Shown here piece by piece: positions 48,285 to 58,921 of a stretch of 64,000 nt of DNA. This DNA comes from an uncultured delta proteobacterium. GTDB taxonomy: Bacteria > Desulfobacterota > RBG-13-43-22. The stretch lies in assembly GCA_963711835.1 (NCBI GenBank), contig CAVQFQ010000005.1:96001-160000 (forward strand), read 5' to 3'. The notes under the pieces are model-generated. The model made no database searches, was not told the origin of the DNA, and saw only the letters and a program-made list of their open reading frames with translations. Numbering within the stretch: position 1 is the stretch's first letter; each line of letters opens with the position of its first letter. The translations under genes were made by a program, and so were the position numbers.

Positions 48285-50378
48285 TTATTTTCCCAGGACC
48301 AGCCGCACATCCAGAACCCGGCAGCCCTGACCGGCGTCAAAAACCATGATGGGATTGATATCGATCTCGGCGATCTCGGGGAAATCAACCAGCAACCGGG
48401 AAAGGCCCAGGAGGGTTTCAACAATGGCTTCAATATCGGAGGGTTTTTGGCCCCGTACTCCTTTCAGGAATTTGATCCCTTTGATTTCTTGGATCATGGA
48501 GCGGGCTTCGATACGATTTATGGGAGCCACCCGCAGGACCACATCGCCGATCACTTCCACATAGATGCCCCCGATGCCGAAAAGCATAACCGGCCCGAAG
48601 TTGGGGTCCTGTTTCCCCCCCAGGATAACCTCCCTTCCCCGGGGGCTCATTTTTTGTAAAACGACGGTGAAATCTTCCATCCCGCCCGGTTCCCGCTGGG
48701 CCACCTCCTGCATCTGATAATAGGCTTGCTTCAGATCCTCGGCATCCTTGATGTGAAGGATGATCCCGCCAATATCGAATTTATGGGCTACATAGGGGAT
48801 GGCCAGCTTAAGGGCCAGGGGATAGCCCAGGGCTTCCGCTTGTTGGAGGGTTTGATCCAGGGATTGGGCCAAGGCAAAGGGAGCCACTGGAAAGTGATAG
48901 TGGCTCAGGACTTCCAGGCCTTCAAAAAGATAGAGGGGCCGGTTGGCGGCCTTGGCCCTTTCAAACACCTGACTGACGGCTGCCCGGTCAGGTTTCCTTT
49001 TCCTGACCTCGCTTTTTAATCCCTGGACCTTTTGCCGGGTAAACCGGAGCGACAGATAAAGGGCCTGGGTGGCCTTTTCCGGGGAGAGGAAGATGGGCAT
49101 GCTGAATTGTTTCTTGATGTAGGAGATCTCCAGGTCGTCGGAAAAGATGCAGACCGCCACGGGTTTTTGATACCGCAGGGTCAGTTCTTCGGCTTTTTCG
49201 ATTAATTTCCGTGAACCTTCCTTCTCACGGCCTTCCCGGTAGCCGTGAATAAGCAGGACCCCGTCGATGTCTTCCCGCTTCAAAGTTTCTTCGACGATCT
49301 GGACATAGATCGGCAGATCAAACAAGTCTCCCAGATCCAGGGGGTTCGACAGCTTGATGACGCTGGCCCGAAGGTGCTTCTCAATTTCCTCCAAAAAGGT
49401 GCGGGGGAAGGCCGGCAGATGAAAATCGTATTTGGAACAGGTATCGGCTGCAATAACGGCATGTCCCCCGGACCGGGAGATAACAGCCAGGCGGTTTCCC
49501 TTTAAGCGCGGCAGGGTCAGGATTTTGAGGTAATTAATGGCCTCCTCGAAGTCTTGGACCCGTATGGCCCCGGCCTGTTTCAAGGCGGCCTCGACCACGT
49601 TATTATCCGACAGCAGAGCGGCCGTATGGGAGAAAGCGATCTGAGCACTGACCGGGGCGATGTTGGACTTTTGGACGACAATGGGTTTGGTGGAGCGACT
49701 GATGATTTCCAGCAGTCGTCGGCCGTTGGTCAGGCCCTCCAGATAAAGGCAGATCACCTCGGTGCCGGGATCCTGGATGAGGTATTCCAGGAGGTCGTTT
49801 TCATCCACGTTCAGTTTGTTGCCCATGCTGACAAATTTATTGATCCCGATATTTTCACTGGCCAGGAAGCCGATGTAGCTCAGGCCTACTCCGCCGCTTT
49901 GGGCCAGGATGGACACATGGCCCAACCTCATTTCCTTGTGCATGGCCATAAAGGGCAGGCAGAGCCCGTTCTCCATGTTGATATTCCCGATGCCGTTGGG
50001 GCCGATAAAGCGAATTCCATAGCGGTTGGCCACCGAGATGAGTTTCTCCTCGAGTTGGGCCCGTTCCTGGGAGAATTCCCGAAAGCCTCCCGATTCGATC
50101 ACCACCCGTTTAATCCCTTTCCGCCCGCACTGATCCAGGATATCGGCGATGGTCAGGGCCGGGGTTAAGATAACCGCCAGATCGATTTCAGCCTGGACCT
50201 GACCAAGGTCGGGAAATATTTTTTGCCCGTAGAGGACCCCTCCTTTGGGGCCGACGGCATAGATCTCCCCGGTAAACTGAAATTCAATCAGATTGGAGAT
50301 GATATTTCTTCCCAGATTGTCGGCCGAGTTCGAAACCCCGATAACGGCCAGACTTTTAGGATAAAAAAATTTTTCCAT
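48285..50378 (-). CDS. Acetate/acyl-CoA ligase (ADP-forming) family, fused alpha-beta
   Basis: PKSLAVIG, GPNGIG, QSGG, GNKLNV, SHT and an ATP-grasp region ending EIDINP. Confidence 0.88.
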   Translation of the reverse strand: MEKFFYPKSLAVIGVSNSADNLGRNIISNLIEFQFTGEIYAVGPKGGVLYGQKIFPDLGQVQAEIDLAVILTPALTIADILDQCGRKGIKRVVIESGGFREFSQERAQLEEKLISVANRYGIRFIGPNGIGNINMENGLCLPFMAMHKEMRLGHVSILAQSGGVGLSYIGFLASENIGINKFVSMGNKLNVDENDLLEYLIQDPGTEVICLYLEGLTNGRRLLEIISRSTKPIVVQKSNIAPVSAQIAFSHTAALLSDNNVVEAALKQAGAIRVQDFEEAINYLKILTLPRLKGNRLAVISRSGGHAVIAADTCSKYDFHLPAFPRTFLEEIEKHLRASVIKLSNPLDLGDLFDLPIYVQIVEETLKREDIDGVLLIHGYREGREKEGSRKLIEKAEELTLRYQKPVAVCIFSDDLEISYIKKQFSMPIFLSPEKATQALYLSLRFTRQKVQGLKSEVRKRKPDRAAVSQVFERAKAANRPLYLFEGLEVLSHYHFPVAPFALAQSLDQTLQQAEALGYPLALKLAIPYVAHKFDIGGIILHIKDAEDLKQAYYQMQEVAQREPGGMEDFTVVLQKMSPRGREVILGGKQDPNFGPVMLFGIGGIYVEVIGDVVLRVAPINRIEARSMIQEIKGIKFLKGVRGQKPSDIEAIVETLLGLSRLLVDFPEIAEIDINPIMVFDAGQGCRVLDVRLVLGK

Positions 50379-50428
50379 GATGCCTTCTCCCCTTCGATCT
50401 TCCACTCGTTACCCTCTTCCGGCAGCCT

Positions 50429-51358
50429 TCATTCCGGAAATTCGGTCAAGGCCGTGCTTAGGTAGCGTTCACCGGTATCGGGAAAAATCACTACGATTAA
50501 TTTTCCTTTGTTTTCGTTTCGCCGAGCCACCTCCAGGGCCGCCCAAAGAGCCGCTCCGGAGGAGATGCCGCAGACGATCCCTTCTTCCCGGGCCAGGCGC
50601 CGGGCGGTCTCCAGGGCCTCCTCATTGCCGACCGGGATGATCTCATCCAGGATCTTCCGGTTTAAAATCTCCGGGATAAAACCGGCCCCGATCCCCTGGA
50701 TTTTGTGAGGACCGGGACTGCCGCCCGAGAGGACCGGGGAATCCTTGGGTTCCACGGCCACGACCCGAAAAGTGGGTTTTCTGGATTTCATAATCTCCCC
50801 TACGCCGGTAATGGTCCCGCCGGTTCCGACCCCGGCCACCAGAATATCCGCCCGGCCCTCGGTATCCTGCCAGATCTCTTCGGCCGTGGTTCGGCGATGG
50901 ATTTCGGGGTTGGCGGGATTCTTGAACTGCTGAGGGATAAAAGAACCGGGCGTCTGTTCGGCCAGTTCCGAGGCCGTGCTAATGGCCCCTTTCATCCCTT
51001 GACTGCCCGGCGTCAGGACCAGCTCGGCGCCCATGAGTCGCAGTAGTTTCCTCCGTTCCAGACTCATGGTTTCGGGCATGGTCAGGATCAGTCGGTAGCC
51101 TCTGAGGGCGCAGACCAGGGCCAAGCCGATGCCGGTATTTCCGGAAGTGGGTTCAATGATCACGCTGTCCGGGGTAAGAGCGCCTTCTTTTTCTGCGGCC
51201 TCGATCATAGCCAGGGCGATCCGTTCTTTGACGCAGCCCAAGGGGTTAAAAAACTCCAGTTTACCCAGCACCTCGGCCAGGCACCCCTGGGTGATTTTGT
51301 TTATTCGGACTAAAGGTGTTTTTCCAATGGTTTCGGCTATGTCGTTAAAAATTTTCAT
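50429..51358 (-). CDS. cysK: Cysteine synthase A
   Basis: IGKTPLV, NP...[29 protein letters not shown] and DTGERYLST. Confidence 0.97.
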   Translation of the reverse strand: MKIFNDIAETIGKTPLVRINKITQGCLAEVLGKLEFFNPLGCVKERIALAMIEAAEKEGALTPDSVIIEPTSGNTGIGLALVCALRGYRLILTMPETMSLERRKLLRLMGAELVLTPGSQGMKGAISTASELAEQTPGSFIPQQFKNPANPEIHRRTTAEEIWQDTEGRADILVAGVGTGGTITGVGEIMKSRKPTFRVVAVEPKDSPVLSGGSPGPHKIQGIGAGFIPEILNRKILDEIIPVGNEEALETARRLAREEGIVCGISSGAALWAALEVARRNENKGKLIVVIFPDTGERYLSTALTEFPE

Positions 51359-51565
51359 CAATCCCCCCGGGCCTCAGTCAGGCAATAATTCGCCAATACC
51401 AAAACTTTTGAACGATCCTAAATTATTGGATTTCCGGATGCATATTTGGGTAGTTTAAAAAATAATTGGATCGGGGTCAATCGTATAATCAGCCGGCCTT
51501 CTTTTAATTTAGCTATTGACAAGACAGGCAAAGGATCCTATGAAAATCAAATTGCCTTTAATGCC

Positions 51566-51657
51566 TTATTAAGGCCTCAAAATAATAGTGACCAACAGGT
51601 TCCATTTAAGGCAAGCCCCGCAATTTCAGGTCAAGACTATTATGAGACCCTTAATAA
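51566..51657 (+). mobile_element. MITE family B, empty copy (92 bp)
   Basis: TTATTAAGGCCTCAAAATAATAGTGACCAACAGG-TTCC-ATTTAAGGCAAGC...CAAGACTATTATGAGACCCTTAATAA. Collinear with the 40593 copy but lacking ~210 bp. Confidence 0.88.
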
Positions 51658-51680
51658 GTTGGAAAACAGAGATTAGAACG

Positions 51681-52589
51681 ATGAGGCCCTTGTTCAAAAA
51701 ATCGATCCCCCCGGCGATGCTTCTCAGTATTTTTTTTGTATTTATGCTGCCTGCCGGCGCTTGGGGTAGCACCTGGCCCCTCTTTGCAGAGGTCCAGGGC
51801 GGGGCGTATTGGCATAAAGTGCAAAAAAAAGAATCGCTCTATTCCATAGCCGGCCGTTTCGGATCCCGTTGGGAATACTTGGCCCGCCTCAACAGATTCG
51901 TTCCTCCCTACGGCCTTTCGGTCGGCCAGCAGATCCTGGCTAATAACCGTCACATCCTTCCCAATAACCTTCTGGGCGAGGGGTTGATCTTAAACCTACC
52001 CGGTCATATGCTTTATCTGTTCCAGAACGGCCTGCTGATCAAACGCTATCCGGTGGGGATTGGAAAACCGGATTGGCCCACCCCCAGCGGGACCTTCAGC
52101 GTTATCGGGAAGGTTCGCAACCCCATCTGGACCGTACCGAAATCCATCCAGGAGGAATTTAAACAGGAAGGTAAAGCGGTTCTGGAAAAGGTGCCCCCGG
52201 GTCCGGATAACCCCTTGGGGAAATACTGGCTTCCCCTCTCAGTCGGAGGCTATGGTATTCATGCCACTATCTGGCCTGAAAGTATCGGACACTCGACCTC
52301 CCACGGTTGCATCCGGATGTTGACGGAAGATATCGAAGACTTGTACGAACGTCTGAAGCCCGGGTTGCCGATTAAGATCGTCTATGAACCTCTAAAAATG
52401 GCCGTCACCGCCGATCAAAAAGTTTTCCTGGAAGCCCACCCCAACACCTACCAGAAAAATATTTCCTACTGGACCAAGGCCCAGGAATTAGCCTCCTGGC
52501 ATCAGATCGGCAATCAGATCAATTGGGCCAGGGTCCAGGAAGTCCTCCAGGAAAGAAACGGCATCGCCGAGGAAGTAACCTTGAAATAA
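51681..52589 (+). CDS. LysM-containing L,D-transpeptidase (ErfK/YkuD family)
   Basis: LysM (HKVQKKESLYSIAGRF), YPVGIG, NPLG and YGIHAT...SHGCIRM. Confidence 0.93.
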   Translation: MRPLFKKSIPPAMLLSIFFVFMLPAGAWGSTWPLFAEVQGGAYWHKVQKKESLYSIAGRFGSRWEYLARLNRFVPPYGLSVGQQILANNRHILPNNLLGEGLILNLPGHMLYLFQNGLLIKRYPVGIGKPDWPTPSGTFSVIGKVRNPIWTVPKSIQEEFKQEGKAVLEKVPPGPDNPLGKYWLPLSVGGYGIHATIWPESIGHSTSHGCIRMLTEDIEDLYERLKPGLPIKIVYEPLKMAVTADQKVFLEAHPNTYQKNISYWTKAQELASWHQIGNQINWARVQEVLQERNGIAEEVTLK

Positions 52590-52615
52590 AAAGGGGGCCT
52601 TTAAGCCCCCTTTTT
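52589..52615. terminator. Bidirectional Rho-independent terminator
   Basis: AAAAGGGGGC-CTTTAA-GCCCCCTTTTT between convergent genes. Confidence 0.8.
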
Positions 52616-52688
52616 AACAGCCCTAACTAAGGTCTTTCCATCCGGAACGATTCAATTTCCAGATGCAGCCTTCAGCATTAACCGTCAA

Positions 52689-54044
52689 TTACCAGCGGAG
52701 GATGAAATCCATCTGGAATCGTTGTTCCGGGTCTCCATCCGGCATTTCTTTCGACCGGGTGACCCTATCGGTCATGAAGAAAGAACTGCGGAAATCCACA
52801 TTCTTCAGCAAACGGTAGGTAAACATGGCTTTCCAGCCCTGCCGGTTGGCGAAATAGAAGTCGCCGTCGGCAAAGGCCCCCACCACCGCATCCGCCTTAA
52901 TCATGGAGTATTTAAAAAACAGTTCCCAGTCGCCCGGCTTGACCGTTTTGTTGAAGATAAAACCCAGATTATAGGCGGTATCCTCTTTCACGTCCTTAGC
53001 GATGTTTTGGACATATTCTCCAAAGAACCGCAAGGGGCACTTACCGATCCTGAAATCCAGATAGGTGATGGCATCCAACAGCCTATAGTCATACTTGAGG
53101 GTGCCGGCCGGAGTGAGGCTGTTCCCAAACCCTCCCCCGAAAGAGGTGGATCCGATCCTTGAACTTGCCATCCCCCAGTAATCATAAAAACTTCCGGCCA
53201 GGGTCCATTTGACCGGGCCGAAATCGGCTTCGAAACCGGCCTGATACAAATAAAGCATGGCATCGGCTTTGGTGGACTGTTCACTCACGACGAACTGGCC
53301 TAACCCGACAAAAGGCTGAAAGGGCTTAAATTTACCGCCTTGTAGGTTTCATAAAAACCTTCCATGGCCGTGTCGGGATCAAACATGATATCCGTGTGGA
53401 TAAAAGGGGGTTTGAATTTCCCGCCATAGAGAGCCAGCCCAGGCAGCCACTTGGGATTGTATCGGGCATAGGCCAGAAGTTCATAATCGGGATTCTGGGT
53501 CCATTCATGTCCGAAGGTATAATTGGAAACCGTAGTCGTATTGTCGGTCGAACCAGACAGGGGTGAACTGGAACCGATGGAAAAGATGGCATGCAGGTCT
53601 TCACTGACAGTGCCGTCGGCTACGAAGCGCAAGCGGTACCGAAACCGGTTTCGGTCGATGGTGTTTACTTGTTTATAAGCGGATCCTACCTGCTTATATT
53701 CAATCCGGTTAAACAGCCCTTCATAGCGCAGTCTCAGATCCCCGCTTAACCATAAACGCTTGGTCCACTCGGGCAGGGAATCCTTCACCTGATCTTTAAC
53801 CTCTTCTTTTACTGCGGCCCTGATATCCTCTTTCCTGGGAGCGGCCGAAACATCCATCTTTTGTTGAAGTTGCTGTTTTAAGGCCTCGATTTCCTTTTGC
53901 TGGTTCTGGATGGTTTGGCTCAACTGCTCGATCTTATCAAGGATCTCCTTATCAGTGGCCGCAAATCCAGCGGGTGACCAGAGGAGCGTTCCTGCAAAAA
54001 AAAGAATACCCCAGAAAACACCCAAAAATTTTTTTTAAAGTCAT
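52689..54044 (-). CDS. Putative outer-membrane porin with N-terminal coiled coil; two frameshifts (~54030, ~53340)
   Basis: Signal peptide, coiled coil, LSGDLRLRYE, RNRFRYRLR, GGKFKPPF, DAVVGAFADGDF and C-terminal RFQMDFILRW. Split over three frames. Confidence 0.82.
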
Positions 54045-54202
54045 CTTTTCTCCTTTCCCTCCTTTTAAGGTGTTGCCTATCCCCGATGTTATCTTCAAAA
54101 TGGGGGGCGCTTTGACCGCGTCCTTATAATGCTTAGTCACCTCCCTTTTTTCCCTGGTAGATTGATTAAGGTTGATTTGCCATAAAATTTCTATTTAACT
54201 TC

Positions 54203-54219
54203 ATCAAGATTTATGCCAA
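54203..54219 (-). promoter_or_regulatory. sigma54-like -24/-12 promoter for the porin
   Basis: TTGGCATAAATCTTGAT, a GG-N10-GA variant of TGGCAC-N5-TTGC. Confidence 0.4.
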
Positions 54220-54406
54220 TCTCTCCAAAAAGCTATCTTATTGTTTTTACATAAATTTAACTCCCGTGTGACGCATGTTTTTTCTTACTGCTTTGAACAA
54301 TCAGACACAGTGTAACCTATTGAATGACAAGATCGGGTTTGATTGAGAAGGGTGACTTATTTCCTGCTCTTGACTTCCACCCCCTGACCGGTTAGACTTT
54401 TTTACC

Positions 54407-54655
54407 ATGCGCCAAACGTCTGGTTCTGAAGCAGAGAAAAAGCCGCCCCATAAAATGGAAATCTTTAAATCCTGGTGCAAGGGATGCGGCATTTGTACGG
54501 CCTTCTGTCCTAAAGGGGCCCTCAAACGGGACGCCGAGGGAATCCCCTTTCTGGCTGATCCCGAGGCTTGTGTCGGGTGCCGGCTTTGTGAATTGCTTTG
54601 TCCTGATTTCGCCATCTCGGTTAAAGAGCGTGAGAAATATAAAAACGAAACCTAG
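54407..54655 (+). CDS. korD: 2-oxoacid:ferredoxin oxidoreductase delta subunit (2x[4Fe-4S])
   Basis: CKGCGICTAFCP and CVGCRLCELLCPDFAI. Confidence 0.9.
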   Translation: MRQTSGSEAEKKPPHKMEIFKSWCKGCGICTAFCPKGALKRDAEGIPFLADPEACVGCRLCELLCPDFAISVKEREKYKNET

Positions 54656-55775
54656 CCGGGTCTTTTGGCAGGGAAACGAGGCCATTGTCGCCGGGGCCCT
54701 GGCTGCCGGGTGTCGTTTTTATGCCGGCTACCCGATTACCCCGGCCACCGAAATCATGGAGATCATGGCCCAGAAGATGCCGGCCCTGGGGGGTGCTTTT
54801 ATCCAGATGGAGGATGAAATCGCCAGCCTCGGGTCGGTCATCGGGGCCTCCCTGGCCGGCTTGAAGGCCATGACGGCCACCAGCGGTCCGGGATTTTCCC
54901 TGATGCAGGAGAACCTGGGTTTTGCCTGCGTAGCCGAGGTGCCCTGCGTGATAGTTAATGTCATGCGCGGCGGTCCCAGCACCGGTCTTCCCACCAGTCC
55001 GGCCCAGGGAGATGTCCTCCAGGCCCGCTGGGGCACCCACGGGGACCACCCGATGATCGTTCTTTCCGTTTCCACCACCCGGGACTGTTTTTTTGTCACC
55101 GTTCAGGCCTTTAACCTGGCCGAAAAATACCGTACCCCGGTCATCCTTCTTTCTGATGAAGTGGTTTCCCATACCCGCGAGGTCCTGTTGCAGCCCTCTC
55201 CCGGAGAGGTCCACCTGGTAGACCGGATCCGCCCGACTATGCCTCCGGAATGGTTTGTGCCTTTTGAGACCCAGGGAAGGCTGGTGCCGGCCATGAGCGC
55301 TTTTGGAGATGGATACCGCTATCATGTTACCGGGCTGGTTCATGATGTCCGCGGCTTCCCAACCAATCGTCCCGAGGAAGTAGCCGCTTTCCAAACCCGT
55401 CTCCAACAAAAAATCAGTGAAAATTTTACCGATATTCAGTGGGTGGAAACCACCCAGGTTGAAGACGCGGACCAGGTGGTGATTGCTTATGGGGCTGTGG
55501 CCCGTTCGGCCCTCCATGCCGTTCGTCAAGCCCGGGAAATGGGCCTTAAGGCCGGACTGCTGAAATTAATCACCCTCTTTCCTTTTCCCCGGGCCGCCGT
55601 AGAAGAGGTGGCCCTGACAGCCAAAACTCTCCTGGTCCCGGAAATGAACTGGGGGCAGATCTCCCGAGAGGTTAAAAGGGTCAACCGGGGCCGGAGCCGG
55701 GTCAGCACCTTAAATAAATTCGACGGCACCCTGATCACCCCCCGGGAAATACTGAAAATGTTGACGCAGCAATAA
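54630..55775 (+). CDS. korA: 2-oxoacid:ferredoxin oxidoreductase alpha subunit
   Basis: GNEA, YPITPATE, QMEDEIA, TSGPGFSL and RGGPSTGLPT. GTG start at 54630. Confidence 0.93.
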   Translation: MRNIKTKPSRVFWQGNEAIVAGALAAGCRFYAGYPITPATEIMEIMAQKMPALGGAFIQMEDEIASLGSVIGASLAGLKAMTATSGPGFSLMQENLGFACVAEVPCVIVNVMRGGPSTGLPTSPAQGDVLQARWGTHGDHPMIVLSVSTTRDCFFVTVQAFNLAEKYRTPVILLSDEVVSHTREVLLQPSPGEVHLVDRIRPTMPPEWFVPFETQGRLVPAMSAFGDGYRYHVTGLVHDVRGFPTNRPEEVAAFQTRLQQKISENFTDIQWVETTQVEDADQVVIAYGAVARSALHAVRQAREMGLKAGLLKLITLFPFPRAAVEEVALTAKTLLVPEMNWGQISREVKRVNRGRSRVSTLNKFDGTLITPREILKMLTQQ

Positions 55776-55779
55776 GTCC

Positions 55780-56655
55780 ATGAAAGACATTACCAAACTC
55801 ATCCACCAGTATCTCCGCCATGATAAAAAATTCCCCCATCTCTGGTGCCCGGGATGCGGCAACGGGATCGTCCTGGGGGCCTTGATTCGGGCCATTGATT
55901 CCCTGGAATACGGCAAGGACGAGATCGTCTTGGTTTCGGGGATCGGTTGTTCGGGGCGGATGAGTGTTTATGCCGATTTCAATACCCTCCATACCACCCA
56001 CGGACGGGCCTTGACCTTCGCCACCGGCATCAAACTGGCCAAACCGGAATTGAAAGTCATTGTCATTATGGGAGATGGGGACGCCCTGGCCATCGGCGGC
56101 AATCATTTTATCCACGCGGCCCGGCGCAATATCAACCTGACCGCCCTGATCATCAACAACAGTATCTACGGTATGACCGGCGGGCAGCATTCCCCGGCCA
56201 CCCCCTACGGGAAGATAGCCACCACCACGGCCCTCCATAATATCGAGCCGGCTTTTAATATTTCCGAACTGGCCGTCACGGCCGGGGCCTCTTTTGTAGC
56301 CCGAGGGACGGCTTTCCATGCCCAGCAACTTTATCAACTGATCGCCAAGGCCCTCCGAAAAAACGGCTTTTCTTTGGTGGAAATTATTACCCACTGTCCC
56401 ACCTTTTACGGCCGCCGGAATCAATTGGGCTCGGCCGTAAAAATGATGGAATGGCAGCGGGATCAGGCCCTGCCGGTAGAAAAGGCCTCCCAACTGACTC
56501 CCGAAGAAAGGGAAGGGAAATTTACCATCGGGGTCTTGATGGACAAGGAATTACCGGCCTTTCTGGATGAATACCGGAAGGTCCAAGAGCATGCCCGGAC
56601 CCTGCAGGAAGCGGATCTGCGCAAGGCCAAAGGAGACCATGGTCCCACGCTATGA
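55780..56655 (+). CDS. korB: 2-oxoacid:ferredoxin oxidoreductase beta subunit
   Basis: WCPGCG, SGIGCS, HGRA, GDGD...IGGNH and YGMTGGQ. Confidence 0.95.
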   Translation: MKDITKLIHQYLRHDKKFPHLWCPGCGNGIVLGALIRAIDSLEYGKDEIVLVSGIGCSGRMSVYADFNTLHTTHGRALTFATGIKLAKPELKVIVIMGDGDALAIGGNHFIHAARRNINLTALIINNSIYGMTGGQHSPATPYGKIATTTALHNIEPAFNISELAVTAGASFVARGTAFHAQQLYQLIAKALRKNGFSLVEIITHCPTFYGRRNQLGSAVKMMEWQRDQALPVEKASQLTPEEREGKFTIGVLMDKELPAFLDEYRKVQEHARTLQEADLRKAKGDHGPTL

Positions 56656-57208
56656 AATTCGCCTGAGCGGTTCCGGAGGACAGGGATTAATCCTGGCCGG
56701 ATTAATCCTGGCTGAGGCTGTTGCCCTCTGGGAAAACCGCTATGTGGTCCAGTCCCAGAGCTACGGTCCGGAAGCCCGGGGTACGGCCTGCCGATCCGAT
56801 GTCATCATCAGTGATGAGGAAATTGATTTTCCCAAGGCCCTCCATCTGGATGTTTTGCTGGCCATGAATCAGAAAGCCCTGGATAGTAATTTTCTGGATC
56901 TTAAGGAAAAGGGATTGTTGATTATCGATGCGGACCTGGTTAAGGATCTGCCAACCACCCAGGCGGTTTCCCTGCCCCTGACCGGTCTGGCTCAGGAGGT
57001 CGCCCAAAGCCCCCTTTCGGCCAACATGGTTGCCCTGGGGGCCCTGGCCGTTTTAACCCGGCAGGTCTCCCTGCCTGCGCTTCAGAAAACGATGGCGGTC
57101 CATTTTAAAAAGGAAGGGTTGGAAAAAAACAGCCAGGCCCTTAAGGCCGGGGCCCGCCGCGCCCGGCGTTGGCTTTCGGAAAATTCCGCGAGGTCGGACG
57201 GAGCTTAA
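56639..57208 (+). CDS. korC: 2-oxoacid:ferredoxin oxidoreductase gamma subunit
   Basis: SGSGGQG, QSYGPEARG and ANMVALG. Confidence 0.92.
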   Translation: MVPRYEIRLSGSGGQGLILAGLILAEAVALWENRYVVQSQSYGPEARGTACRSDVIISDEEIDFPKALHLDVLLAMNQKALDSNFLDLKEKGLLIIDADLVKDLPTTQAVSLPLTGLAQEVAQSPLSANMVALGALAVLTRQVSLPALQKTMAVHFKKEGLEKNSQALKAGARRARRWLSENSARSDGA

Positions 57209-57896
57209 AAATAGGCTTACGGGTGATTTCGACCAAGTTAGCAGCGATCTCCACGGCCCGGCCTTCGGGGATACCGATTAAGAATTCATTTTTCCCCAAG
57301 AGGGAGAAGGTCCTGTCCCCTACCCCGTTGAGCGTCAGGTTGATTTTGCGCTGCAGATAAGGGTAGGCGATGCCATGACCGCAAATGCACTGATAGCCTG
57401 TCCCCAGGGACAAGAGATCCCGTTCACCGGACCGGTATTGGTTGGCGGTGAACAGCCACCGGGTCTGGTCCGCATCGCATTTGAAAAGGATCACATCAAC
57501 ACCCATAACGGCTTTTTCCAACGGACTCAGGGCAACGGCTCTGGTCTGAGCGGCCGGCAATTGAAAGCCGTTGGAAAAATAGCTCCGGGCCGCCTCCCGG
57601 CTTTCAAAAACCCCCATCTGAACCGGTTGCCGGTAGGTTAAGGGCAACGCCGATTCTCCCTTAAATCCTAAGGCGGTTAAGCCCATGACACACGACAGGT
57701 CTGCCCGGGTGCAGTAAACACCCTTCCCCTTAAAGGCCTCCATTACGGCAAAACAGATACCGGGCAGAGGGGCCTCCGGCCTCTTGAAAAGAACCGGCGT
57801 CTCTTCATTCTTTTTAATAATCTTAACAGCCACCGGGTCGGACTTGAGTTTGAGAATCCGACGGTACGTTCGAGCCAACTCCTGAAGGTTTTCCAT
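57141..57896 (-). CDS. DUF169 family protein
   Basis: PVAVK, C...C..G..ALG, LSPLE, DVILF, CICG and GDR. Confidence 0.75.
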   Translation of the reverse strand: MENLQELARTYRRILKLKSDPVAVKIIKKNEETPVLFKRPEAPLPGICFAVMEAFKGKGVYCTRADLSCVMGLTALGFKGESALPLTYRQPVQMGVFESREAARSYFSNGFQLPAAQTRAVALSPLEKAVMGVDVILFKCDADQTRWLFTANQYRSGERDLLSLGTGYQCICGHGIAYPYLQRKINLTLNGVGDRTFSLLGKNEFLIGIPEGRAVEIAANLVEITRKPIFKLRPTSRNFPKANAGRGGPRP

Positions 57897-57943
57897 AGGG
57901 CTCGTTCCTTTTGTTAGAGGCGAGAATGAATCGGAACAACCGA

Positions 57944-58267
57944 TTATAAAAGCGGTTTAACGGCCTTTTTTTTGCGATCGCCGAGCGGGATGACCTTTCC
58001 CGGCCCGGCCGAAGGTTGGGGTCCGGATTCTTCCGCCGGCGTTTCCACCCGGACGATTCTAACGGGTTTGCCCCCCATGGTGAACTCTTCTCCCTGAATA
58101 TATTCCGGCAGAAGAATCCATTCCCCTACCGATAGCGGGACTTGCAGGATTAAAAATTTCATTCGAACCCAGCCGCGTTTAATGTCCGGAAAGATATCCT
58201 CGATTCGGGCAAAAAAGGCCGGCTGGTTTTCCAGGTAAATCAGGATAAGATCGTTGATCCCGGTCAT
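57944..58267 (-). CDS. Conserved hypothetical protein
   Basis: FFARIEDI.PD.K.GW, LQVPL and FTMGG; looks like a conserved deltaproteobacterial family. Confidence 0.7.
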   Translation of the reverse strand: MTGINDLILIYLENQPAFFARIEDIFPDIKRGWVRMKFLILQVPLSVGEWILLPEYIQGEEFTMGGKPVRIVRVETPAEESGPQPSAGPGKVIPLGDRKKKAVKPLL

Positions 58268-58342
58268 GTTAGCGGTGCCCCACCTGAAAAGCAGCGCTTT
58301 TTATCATGAAGCTTTTCCTCACCGTTGGCCACCTCTAAGAGG

Positions 58343-58915
58343 CTAACTCCAGATCTCCTTGTTGGCCAGAGAACGGTTGATGCTTTTGGGTGGGTTCTGA
58401 CCTTTGTTGTTGGTCACCAAAGGCAGTTTAGTTTGAAAACCAAATTTTACTTTCAGGAGTTGATTGACCAATTCCGGGACTAGACCGTCCACATTCCCCC
58501 CCAGGGAGGCCGCTTCTTTGATGATCGTAGAACTGATATAAAACCATTTATAATCCGTCATCATAAAAATAGTCTGGACTTTCCTGTTCAGCTTTCGGTT
58601 CATCAGGGCCATTTGGAATTCATACTCGAAATCCGACAGGGCCCGGAGTCCCCTGAGGACGATATTAGTCTCCTGCCTTTCCACATAGTCCACCAGGAGG
58701 CCTTGAAAATGATCGATTTGTACCCGGGGGTAATCTTTCAAAACCGTCTTTAACATGTCCAGCCGTTCATCCAGGGTGAATAAAGGCTTTTTCTCGGGGT
58801 TGACGGCGATAGCTACCACTATTTTATCGAAAATCTGAAGACTCCGACGGAGCAGGCTCAGATGGCCGTTGGTGATAGGGTCAAAAGATCCCGGATAGAT
58901 GGCTAGGCGACTCAT
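58343..58915 (-). CDS. coaD: Phosphopantetheine adenylyltransferase
   Basis: YPGSFDPITNGH, RGLRALSDFEYE and ISST. Confidence 0.98.
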   Translation of the reverse strand: MSRLAIYPGSFDPITNGHLSLLRRSLQIFDKIVVAIAVNPEKKPLFTLDERLDMLKTVLKDYPRVQIDHFQGLLVDYVERQETNIVLRGLRALSDFEYEFQMALMNRKLNRKVQTIFMMTDYKWFYISSTIIKEAASLGGNVDGLVPELVNQLLKVKFGFQTKLPLVTNNKGQNPPKSINRSLANKEIWS

Positions 58916-58921
58916 ACCGTT

